IMG/VR virus record: IMGVR_UViG_3300017914_002796
Span: 1 to 25,871 of that record
From: a virus
Taxonomy: Duplodnaviria > Caudoviricetes
Reading direction: 5' to 3' (one strand)
DNA length: 25,871 bases
The position numbers and the translations under genes were made by a program. Below the pieces are notes generated by a model that was given only the letters and a program-made list of their open reading frames with translations, ran no database searches and had not been told where the DNA came from. Shown here in pieces: positions 9,501-17,145 of this stretch (its first letter is position 1; every line of letters starts with the position of its first letter).

Positions 9501-12500
9501 GAATTATTCCGAAATTTTATATTCTGATAGTTTATATAATCAGAGTTACAGTATATTTGGAATTGGATCTACGGAATCCTCCTCCTTTGAGGTAAATCTT
9601 AGAAATGCTCCAGAAAGATTGAGTTATGATAATTCTGAATGCGATAAATTAGAGTACACTACAACATCCAAAAATGCAAAAGGTCCAGTTAATAGAGTCA
9701 AAATAATATCAAAAGGATCAAATTATGATAAACTTCCCATTTTTGAGGGTACAGATTCAACGGAAGGCACTGGATTATCAGTTTTAACGCAATCTTCTAA
9801 TATTGGAAACGTTTTAAAATCTAAAGTAGTCGATACTAATTATGAATATTCTTCAGACAAAACTTTAAAGCCCATTGCATTTATTTCTCCTATAGTTTCT
9901 TTAGTGTCATCCAACGTCGTGGGATTTGTTAGTGTCACTAATGGAGGATCCAATTTTGTCAATGCGCCAGAAATAGTATTAATTAATAAGGATGATAGGA
10001 AAGAAGTTTCTAATGGGCTACTAAGAGCAATTCTTTCTGGATCTTCAATAACCAAAATTGATGTCGAAGTTCCTGTGAAAGGAATATCTGATTTTGGGGC
10101 AGAAATTTTTACTGTAAATAATACAAATGGTGTAAGTATTCAGAAAGTAAGTTATGATCCAAATACACAAACTTTTGATTGTACAATTACTACGCCTTTT
10201 GGTGGATTTGGAGAGAGACCTTTTGCAGAAAATGATGAAGTATTTATTGAAGGTATTCAGAAAGATGGATCTTCTGGAGATGGATTTAATTCTAAAGATT
10301 ATGGATATAAATTCTTCACAATTACAAATTATGGTATAGCTGCAGATCCTTCGGGAGCGGATGTAGTAACGATAAAATCTAGATCATCTAACCCTGGCAC
10401 TCCAAAATCTATTCAAGATTCTTCAGGATCTTTAGTCAATAAAAAAAATTATCCTTCATTTTTGGTTCAAATTAGTCCATCTGATTTTCAAATTAATGAA
10501 AGTCTTTTCATAAATGATGAAGAATCAAATTTAGAAGTAGTTGATTATGAGAGTAGTAATACTATAAAAATATTTGGATCTGATACAATTAAACCTAATG
10601 ACAAAATAACAGGAAAGACAAGTGGCAACATAGCAATTATTAAAGATATTGAAATTTTTGACGGAAATTGCACAGTTTCTGCAACAAATAGAGTTGATGA
10701 AGGTTGGTTTACTAGTTCAGGATTTTTAAATGAGAATCATCAGGTTCTTCCAGATAATGATTATTATCAAAATCTTTCTTATGCTGTTAAGAGTCAAGTA
10801 ACTTGGAATGATCAAAAAACTGCGGTTAATGATATCATACACACTGCGGGAACTAAAAACTTTGCCCACACAGAGTTAATCGCAGATTCTGATGTAGGAA
10901 TTACATCGACTGCAAATGCTACTACTGTAGTTTTGGATATTTTCAATGAGGATAGAGTTGATACTGTTAATGATTTTGATCTAGTTAAAGATGTGGATGT
11001 TTCTGGTAAAATATCTAGATTTTTAAAATTAAAATCAAAAAAACTTAGTGATTTTAATGAGGCAATTTCAAATATTGTATTAAAAGTTGATGATATATCT
11101 GAAGATTTTTCAGACTCTGAATTTGATCCAGACTTATTTGTTTCTATTGAAGATGAAAAAGTAAGTGATTCTTCAATTTATCAAAACTTTTTGATCAAAG
11201 TAGTTTCTGAAGAATCAAAAAATGAAATTCAGTTTACTGATATGACTATACTTAGTGATCCTGGAAATAATAATTTTGCAATTCTAGAAAAAGAAACTCT
11301 TACAAATTTGGGATTGACAACTTCTCATGTTGAAAATGAACAATATGGTGACTTTTCGATTGAAACCGATTTATTTGGAGATACATTCATCAGATTTACT
11401 CCTAAAGATCCTTTTAACACTGATTATAATATTAAATTTATTAAAAAATCATTTACTAATGATACGGGAATAACAACAGAATCAATCGGATTTGTTGATT
11501 TAATTTCATTTAATAATACAGTTGCTGCAGGAAATACACTCAATATAGTAGGATTTGATACCAGTTCTTTGTCATCAATTTTTGTAACAGCAAATATAAT
11601 AGATGGATCAAATAATATTTCAAATCTTGTAGAACTCTATGCTACTCATGATGGAGAAAATACTAGTATTGCTGAATATTTTGTTGATAGTGATAGCAAT
11701 TTCAATTCAAATACTTTCCTGGGAATAGGATCTTTTACAGCAAATATTGATTCTGGACGATTTAGTTTAGATTTTGAAAATTATTCCTCAAATAGTATTA
11801 CTATAAAATCAAGAATTATTGGATTTGGAGCAACAAGTAGGGGTGAAGATACTTATAGATATTTGGCGCAAAATCAACCAGCAACAACTGAGAGAACAGT
11901 TATTTATAGATCTGATTTTGAAGAAACTAATGCTGGATTTGCAAAGACTATATTATCACTTAATAAGTTTAATTTTGATGTTGTCAAGTCCTATGTTGAG
12001 GTTGGAGTAGGGTCAGATAAAACTTTACATCAAGTAGTGTTACTACAAGATCAAAATAATATCTTTGTTCAACAATCTCCATATCTTACAGAGGATGATT
12101 ATATTACCGGAATTGGAACTTTTGGGGGAAGGTATCTAGGTTCTACTAATTTTGACCTTGTATTTTATCCAGAAGGAAATGAAGATATAAGTATAGTTGC
12201 TTTTAGTCAATGTTTTTATACTGAAGTTGACTTCATAAACAATCCAGAACCTTTAAATTATGGATCTGCTTTAGATGAACATAAAGTTGCAGCATATAAT
12301 TCTATTAATGGTGATAGATTCAATACAAAGAGTTTTGTCCTAACGAAAGATGGAACTCCCATTTTTGCAAGATCATTCAATCCAGAAAATACAAATCAAC
12401 TTGATGCCTCCACAGGCAAATTTACAATTCCCGGAAATTATTTCAATGAAAATGAAAGATTAATTTATACTGCAAAATCAACTTTTTCCGGAATTGCAGC

Positions 12501-15500
12501 TACTGCAGTAACTTACAAAAATGGATCATCAGAAGGTTTATTACCATCTTCAGTTTTTGTAATTAATAAAAATGAAGATGATGATACTTTTCAAATTTCT
12601 ACGACTAGAGCAGGAACTGCAGTAACATTTACAAATTTGGGATCAGGGAATGCTCACCAATTTGAGATGTTCAAGAGCAATGAAAAAATATTACTTACAT
12701 TAAGTGATTTAATTCAATATCCTTTAGTACCAATAAATGTATCTAAAACTCTTGAGGGGAATGGTGGGTCTGTTTCAGCAGCAACTTCATTTATATCTTT
12801 GAGTGGAATATCCACAATCAATCCTTTAGATTTATTAAAAGTAGATGAAGAATATATGTTGGTCAATAATGTTGGATTTGGAACCACTAATGTTGGTCCA
12901 ATATCAGGTTTGGGGAGTATTAATTTAGTTAATGTTGAAAGGGGATCTGTGGGATCAATATCAACAACTCACACTGATACAACTTCTGTAGATGTTTTTC
13001 AAGGAACATTTAATATTTCGGATGGTAAAGTTAATTTTACTACACCACCTAGAGGTAATGCAATTTTAACTAGGAATGAATCTAATTTAGAATATGAATC
13101 AGCAGAATTTTCTGCAAGAGTATATTTGAGAGCAGATTATTCTACAAATACAATTTATGATAATATTGGTTCAACTTTTACTGGAATTGGAAGAACCTAT
13201 ACAATAACTGTCGGAGGTGCGAATACAATTGGTATTGGATCAACTGGAGGAAATGGTTTTGTAGTTTTAAATGGAATTTATCAATCTCCAGTAACAGATA
13301 ATAATCCCGTAGGAAATTATAATATTCTGGAAGATGCCATTAGTGGAATAACTAGTATTTCATTTACAGGAATTAGAAGTGATTTGGGAGATCCTGATAG
13401 TGTATTTATTTCAGAATCTGATGTAAATCAAAATCAACTTCCAAGAGGAGGCATAATTGTTTCTTTAGGGTCTTCGGGAGGATTAGGATATGCACCATTA
13501 GCAGGTGCCTCAGTTACTGCAATAGTCGGTGCTGGAGGGAGCATAGTTTCTGTAGGTGTAGGAACAACTGATTTTAATGGATCTGGATATAATGATTCTA
13601 TAGTTTCTATTGGGGTTTCTGTATTTGAAGAAGACCACGATGGAGACGTAGCTTCTATTAGTGCCACAGTAGGTGCTGGAGGATCACTTTCCTTTACTGT
13701 AGGGTCTGGAGGAACTGGATATACGAATCCACAAATATTTGTATCTGAACCATCTTATGAAAATCTTTCAATTACCGGAGTTTCCAGAGTTGGTTTGGGA
13801 ACAACTACAGATACTGGAATTGGTCTTAAAGTTACTGTAGATGTCGGAGCAAGTTCTACAACAGGAATAGGGTCAACTTATTTTGAAGTTAAAAATTTTA
13901 AAATAATTAATAATGGATATGCATTTAAAAAAGGTGACGTATTTACTCCTGTAGGATTAGTGACAGATTATAGGTTATCTTCTCCCATAACACAATTTGA
14001 ACTAACAGTATTAGAAACTTACAATGATAATTTTGCCGTTCTTCAATATGGAGAATTTGATTATATTGACTCAGTTAAAAATTATCAAGATGGAAATAGA
14101 AGAAGATTTCCACTATTCTATCAGGGAGATTTAATTAGTTTCGAATCTGGAAGTGATGATATTTTAGATTCAGATCTTCAAAACTTACTGCTTATTATTA
14201 TTAATGGAATTATTCAGGATCCAGGATCTGCTTACACTTTTGAGGGTGGAACATCTTTTGTGTTTACTGAACCCCCCAAAGTAGAAGATAATATTGATAT
14301 TTTCTTTTATAGAGGAACTAAAGGAACTGATGATAATTTAGTTACTGACATTGTTCCTTCCATAGAGGTTGGTGATACTATTCAGGTATATAAGAATAAT
14401 AATATTTCTAGAACAAAAACTCAAAATGAAAGAGTTGTTTTTGATCTTTCAAGATCGGATGTTTTTGAAACAAATCCATATGCAGATCAAGGTATAAATG
14501 AAACTGATTTCAAACCAATGTCATGGACAAAACAAAAGACTGATAGAGTTGTGAATGGACAAAAAGTATTTAAAACAAGAAAGTCTATTCTATCTCAGAT
14601 TTATCCAGTTACTAAAATTATAAAAGATGTTTTGACTGGTGACAACTTTATTTCTGTAGATAATGTAGATTTCTTTGGTTCTGATGATATTGATGGAGCA
14701 CCATATCAATTCAAAGTTTTAATGGGAGAAGATGTTAATTTTGAATCTGCCGATATTACTACAACTATTGGCACTGGTGGAACTATTTCCACAGTTACAA
14801 TTACAAATCCCGGAAGTGGTTATGTACCATCTTCTACAGTTGATATCAAATTCATGAATCCTGTAAAGATTGGAACTGGAATTGGGACAACAGCTTCTGC
14901 TACAGGAACTATTTCAATTGGAGGAACTTTATCTTCAGTAACCATATCAAATCCGGGATTTGGATATACATTAGCACCTCGTGCAATCGTAGAGACAATA
15001 GATCCTAATATCGAAAATACTGGAATAATTCAATCTATCAAAGGATTTAATGGAAATATTACTGGAATAGGAACTACAACTTCTTCTGGACAACTTGCGA
15101 TAGCATTTGATATTGAAAGAGATAATAATGTTAATATTACTGATTTAACTACTGGATATGCAATTCTTGTATATAATACAAATGTTGGATCTGGAGTTAC
15201 TACAGTCGATGGTGATGATAATTCTATCATTGGTGTTGGAACTAACTTCCTAGATAACATTTACTATATTAATGAGATTACTACTAGTGGTCCTACAGGA
15301 GTAATAACCTGCACTGTGGATTCTGGAACAGATATTGTGGGAATTGCAACAACTGGCGGATATCTTGGAAGATTTTCTTGGGGTAGATTTCAAACTGTTG
15401 CTAGAGCAAGTTCTCCAATATCTATTGGAGTTACCGGAAAAACCATTGATGTTGGATTATCAACATTTCCTACAGTAATCAGGAGAGGAGTGGGATTAAG

Positions 15501-15522
15501 ACAAACTGGTTCTATTATTTAA
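3589..15522 (+). CDS. gp7: Giant baseplate wedge initiator (gp7-like) virion structural protein, 3977 aa, with a YHYH-like domain and many beta-rich repeats
   Basis: Lies between gp6 and gp8; LYSSKGTNESFRILFNVLFGE (aa ~200-220) and DYYQNLSYAVKS...IIHTAG (aa ~2390-2421) resemble the gp7/P2 gpI-like core; IIGWAYDGNPIYGPYG...DLDEHNGRF...YAYH is YHYH-like; repeated V.I.N.G.GY motifs. Confidence 0.8.
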   Translation: MIRTGFEPKVKIQDIISNQLPEFILDESPKTLDFLKQYYISQEYQGGPVDIAENLDQYLKLDNLKPEVIVDNVNLESSIGEDNDTIIVSSTKGFPTKYGLLKIDNEIITYTGITTNSFIGCIRGFSGITNYHQDLNKEELVFEKSNKTSHTENSKVINLSSLFLREFFKKLKFTFAPGFEDRKFDDRIDVGNFIKEIKSLYSSKGTNESFRILFNVLFGETPSIINLEDYLLKSSNANYVRSDVAILEAISDGNPTNLKGQTLFKNNDSSIFAAISSINPFTRSQKLYYKVSLFVGSNDGLTAKETFDITQSTKSLEDVNVGDSVISVDSTIGFPESGNIYSGSNKITYTNKSINQFFGCSGIESKISSTDNIYSDNTYFAFENGDPLKRINFRLTGVISEFNQDSDNIIVSENQKISIKSVGDNIENPENNKSYKQIFTNSWIYNTSSSIDIESISGSNVVLKNSVDRSQLKKNDLVEIVDKSTNIVVYPTSTSDIPFVSQRISPGSKQIFLGGSDFTGTGIYKLRRKVNKGYSNTINFLNGNNSEITDVQNLYIQDENFAYVASNSLPSSRSTGISTNFLYNLNPELTEQSISSNSGFISDKDINTDAYTTISFEDSVKFVTGDRVFYEFSDKKLFNLDNTDYYVKVIDNNSIKLFESISTIDDDKFAVKFYSDNYPESNTGEISGSHTFTLFSQSNKKLSGSKILRKFPIPANIKNGNSTDTISDFPVGMLINGVEISNYKSEDKIYFGPLEEIRVLNGGKNYDVINLPKLKVQGGSEEALAIPVITGTITDINVTPQEFDIEQITSIDIEGGNSKGGVLQPILVKRRREILFDARKSAQGGGIDVSTNQLTFLEDHNLFNGQEVIYFNNGNNNISIGLGSSTLINNSSYFVSVDNSTTIQLHETFEDAINDANPIGFGGTSFTGNQKFKTADFKDTLTEVRVIDGGSFTNRQLYVNTSGISTAKNTINFKDHGFSTGEIVEYFTDSGSDTISGLSTSNRYYIVTNDKDSFQLCDAGIGNTISSNFERRNIVKLSSTGSGYQKFKYPDVKITVNLSPVGSAVTVTKSVQVSPVIKGSIEQIYVYNKGLGYGSKTLNFERSPKISLQNGREASITPNIVAGLLLSVNIEFGGFEYFSEPDLELFDPNGKGSGAKLKANISGGKISSVTIINKGSNYSSNSKIIIRPRGLNAVYEGKIRSLTANSLQKRSGLYYQLKNKDQGLQFTFNGYSNILRDSFGEVSTVNSGIIGWAYDGNPIYGPYGLSDPADITSSTKTLVSGYVVDTSKVLDRPSGFVDGFFVEDYHYNDSGDLDEHNGRFEKTEEFPNGVYAYHATINSITGNPEFPYFIGNSFRSQLITENNFLDQTFEFEKFNLIRNTFPYKITEKFSGYDFLTESREISNQEIRITSISKGSIDKINIVNPGENYKVGDKLKFKNQTFGGGVQSEVSSIKGKEISNITTSSETFEDAIFVWNSNKVRVHTSLPNTFKNGDYVNVSGFTTSILSKLNGFSLISVKEIPNVAITTEITASGISTDIYVTNIPNNVSSGSSITIGNENLSILNVYSEKNILRVKRGNVGSVHTVGTAVTFKNYIFDIEKSIPYFDSNKNIKVYFNPKESVGLGTVPGKFTDLQFNIGEEAIKLSVPSQSIFLKDHPFKNNQKVKFERGINDNIQVKLTPTSTTINLDPDLYIVNKSKDTIGLKTSLNSTEVYFLTNGENSDEYLIESVFDEKTAKVTKNKSTVSISTYHGLKSGDVIDLNVNPSLSVGIGTSTKVNVLYNNYTENIIIDPVKINTSGINTSLNEITISNHTFRTGDKVIYENASYISPNVPVDNNTYFVYVKDSNTIKLCETLIDSRNNPPKEVGITSVGNSNQTISLINPQINVVKNNNLVFDLSDSSLSGYKFKVFYDRDFLNDFVSTGSTDSFVTVESGTPGSSGSKFTINYNSNFPQKIYYSLEKSGYISTADKEVENYSEILYSDSLYNQSYSIFGIGSTESSSFEVNLRNAPERLSYDNSECDKLEYTTTSKNAKGPVNRVKIISKGSNYDKLPIFEGTDSTEGTGLSVLTQSSNIGNVLKSKVVDTNYEYSSDKTLKPIAFISPIVSLVSSNVVGFVSVTNGGSNFVNAPEIVLINKDDRKEVSNGLLRAILSGSSITKIDVEVPVKGISDFGAEIFTVNNTNGVSIQKVSYDPNTQTFDCTITTPFGGFGERPFAENDEVFIEGIQKDGSSGDGFNSKDYGYKFFTITNYGIAADPSGADVVTIKSRSSNPGTPKSIQDSSGSLVNKKNYPSFLVQISPSDFQINESLFINDEESNLEVVDYESSNTIKIFGSDTIKPNDKITGKTSGNIAIIKDIEIFDGNCTVSATNRVDEGWFTSSGFLNENHQVLPDNDYYQNLSYAVKSQVTWNDQKTAVNDIIHTAGTKNFAHTELIADSDVGITSTANATTVVLDIFNEDRVDTVNDFDLVKDVDVSGKISRFLKLKSKKLSDFNEAISNIVLKVDDISEDFSDSEFDPDLFVSIEDEKVSDSSIYQNFLIKVVSEESKNEIQFTDMTILSDPGNNNFAILEKETLTNLGLTTSHVENEQYGDFSIETDLFGDTFIRFTPKDPFNTDYNIKFIKKSFTNDTGITTESIGFVDLISFNNTVAAGNTLNIVGFDTSSLSSIFVTANIIDGSNNISNLVELYATHDGENTSIAEYFVDSDSNFNSNTFLGIGSFTANIDSGRFSLDFENYSSNSITIKSRIIGFGATSRGEDTYRYLAQNQPATTERTVIYRSDFEETNAGFAKTILSLNKFNFDVVKSYVEVGVGSDKTLHQVVLLQDQNNIFVQQSPYLTEDDYITGIGTFGGRYLGSTNFDLVFYPEGNEDISIVAFSQCFYTEVDFINNPEPLNYGSALDEHKVAAYNSINGDRFNTKSFVLTKDGTPIFARSFNPENTNQLDASTGKFTIPGNYFNENERLIYTAKSTFSGIAATAVTYKNGSSEGLLPSSVFVINKNEDDDTFQISTTRAGTAVTFTNLGSGNAHQFEMFKSNEKILLTLSDLIQYPLVPINVSKTLEGNGGSVSAATSFISLSGISTINPLDLLKVDEEYMLVNNVGFGTTNVGPISGLGSINLVNVERGSVGSISTTHTDTTSVDVFQGTFNISDGKVNFTTPPRGNAILTRNESNLEYESAEFSARVYLRADYSTNTIYDNIGSTFTGIGRTYTITVGGANTIGIGSTGGNGFVVLNGIYQSPVTDNNPVGNYNILEDAISGITSISFTGIRSDLGDPDSVFISESDVNQNQLPRGGIIVSLGSSGGLGYAPLAGASVTAIVGAGGSIVSVGVGTTDFNGSGYNDSIVSIGVSVFEEDHDGDVASISATVGAGGSLSFTVGSGGTGYTNPQIFVSEPSYENLSITGVSRVGLGTTTDTGIGLKVTVDVGASSTTGIGSTYFEVKNFKIINNGYAFKKGDVFTPVGLVTDYRLSSPITQFELTVLETYNDNFAVLQYGEFDYIDSVKNYQDGNRRRFPLFYQGDLISFESGSDDILDSDLQNLLLIIINGIIQDPGSAYTFEGGTSFVFTEPPKVEDNIDIFFYRGTKGTDDNLVTDIVPSIEVGDTIQVYKNNNISRTKTQNERVVFDLSRSDVFETNPYADQGINETDFKPMSWTKQKTDRVVNGQKVFKTRKSILSQIYPVTKIIKDVLTGDNFISVDNVDFFGSDDIDGAPYQFKVLMGEDVNFESADITTTIGTGGTISTVTITNPGSGYVPSSTVDIKFMNPVKIGTGIGTTASATGTISIGGTLSSVTISNPGFGYTLAPRAIVETIDPNIENTGIIQSIKGFNGNITGIGTTTSSGQLAIAFDIERDNNVNITDLTTGYAILVYNTNVGSGVTTVDGDDNSIIGVGTNFLDNIYYINEITTSGPTGVITCTVDSGTDIVGIATTGGYLGRFSWGRFQTVARASSPISIGVTGKTIDVGLSTFPTVIRRGVGLRQTGSII

Positions 15523-15539
15523 AAGATATATATAAACCA

Positions 15540-15547
15540 TATAAATA
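15540..15547 (+). promoter_or_regulatory. T4-type late promoter TATAAATA
   Basis: Perfect consensus in the 52-nt gap before gp8. Confidence 0.85.
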
Positions 15548-15574
15548 TCTAAAAAACTTGTGTGAAATAAAGAT

Positions 15575-17140
15575 ATGTCAGCATTAGTAACAGATCAATT
15601 TAGAATTGTTAATGCAAATAATTTTGTGGATTCTTTGTTGAACGTTAACAATTCTTATTATGTTTTTCTTGGATTATCAAATCCAGGATCTGATGGAAAT
15701 CCGATTGGTTTTGGAAGAACCACTACTTGGGATTCTTCTCCATCAGATATTCCATCTCCTATAGATAATTTTCAATATTTGTCTCATTATAGAGATACCA
15801 TTTTATTTGGAAAAAAGATTGGAACTGGTAATGTAAGAAGAGTAATTAGAAGAATTGATTGGACTACCAACACTAGATATGATATGTATAGACATGATTA
15901 TAGTGTGAGTAATCTAAGTCCAAATTCATCTAGAAGTAGATTATATGATAGTAATTATTATGTGATGAATAGTGATTTTAAAGTTTATATTTGTATTGAT
16001 AATGGATCTTCAGGAACTAATTTGAGGGGAAATATATCTAGAGATGAGCCAAAGTTTATAGATTTGGAACCCACTGCAGCGGGAAGTAGTGGAGATGGGT
16101 ATATTTGGAAATATCTTTTTACAGTAAATCCTGCGGATATTATTAAATTTGATACCACGGAATACATTGTATTGCCAAACGATTGGGAAACTTCTACAGA
16201 TCCTCAAATTGTAAATGTAAGAGAAGCAGGTAATTCTTTCGAGAACAAAAATCAAATTAAAAAAGTATACGTTGAAAATGCGGGAAATGCAATTTATGTA
16301 TCAGGAACCTACAAAATTGTAGGTGATGGAACTGGAGGAGAGGTAGAATTAACTGCAAATAATAATGGACAAATAACCGATGTAAAAGTTATTTCTGGAG
16401 GAAGTGGTTATACTTGGGCTCAAGTTGACTTGAGAAGTACGGGATCTAGTTCGGAGAGAGCAAAATTAATTCCAATCATTCCACCATCAAATGGACATGG
16501 ATATGATATCTATACAGAATTGGGTTCTGATAAAATATTAATTTATTCTAGATTTGATGATTCAACAAAAGATTTTCCAGTTGATACAAAATTTGCTCAA
16601 GTTGGGATACTTCAAAATCCTAAAAAGTTAAATTCTAGAACCGAAAATTATACAGAATCTACATTTTCTTCCTTATATTCTCTAAAGTTAGATGCAGATT
16701 CTATTGAAGAATCTGATCTTCCCGAAATTGGTGAAATCATGGAGCAAGATTTGGGTAATGGAAAAAAAGCCAGAGGTTATGTTGCTTCATATGATACAGA
16801 AACTAGTGTTTTAAAGTATTATCAAGATAGATCATTATATTTTGATAATACTTTTGATCAAACTGACAATAATAATATTACAAATGAAGGGGAGGTTTTT
16901 GCATTCGCATCATCATCAGATGAAATTACACCTTTTGGTGGATCTATTGATACATCTTTCAGTGGAATAACTACAACTATTGGATCAAAACAAGTAAATT
17001 TAGCAGTAACTTTTAAAGATGGACTTGCTCAACCTGAGATAAATAAAAGTACTGGAAAGGTAATTTACATTGATAATAGATCTTTGATTGAGAGAGACTC
17101 TAGACAAAAAGAAGACGTTAAAATTATCCTGGAATTCTAA
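15575..17140 (+). CDS. gp8: Baseplate wedge subunit gp8
   Basis: 521 aa; TDQFRIVNANNF, RRIDW, YKVYICIDN-like FKVYICIDN, DGYIWKYLFT and the C-terminal GKVIYIDNR..I.RDSRQKEDVKIILEF are typical of T4-like gp8. Confidence 0.92.
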   Translation: MSALVTDQFRIVNANNFVDSLLNVNNSYYVFLGLSNPGSDGNPIGFGRTTTWDSSPSDIPSPIDNFQYLSHYRDTILFGKKIGTGNVRRVIRRIDWTTNTRYDMYRHDYSVSNLSPNSSRSRLYDSNYYVMNSDFKVYICIDNGSSGTNLRGNISRDEPKFIDLEPTAAGSSGDGYIWKYLFTVNPADIIKFDTTEYIVLPNDWETSTDPQIVNVREAGNSFENKNQIKKVYVENAGNAIYVSGTYKIVGDGTGGEVELTANNNGQITDVKVISGGSGYTWAQVDLRSTGSSSERAKLIPIIPPSNGHGYDIYTELGSDKILIYSRFDDSTKDFPVDTKFAQVGILQNPKKLNSRTENYTESTFSSLYSLKLDADSIEESDLPEIGEIMEQDLGNGKKARGYVASYDTETSVLKYYQDRSLYFDNTFDQTDNNNITNEGEVFAFASSSDEITPFGGSIDTSFSGITTTIGSKQVNLAVTFKDGLAQPEINKSTGKVIYIDNRSLIERDSRQKEDVKIILEF

Positions 17141-17145
17141 AAAAG

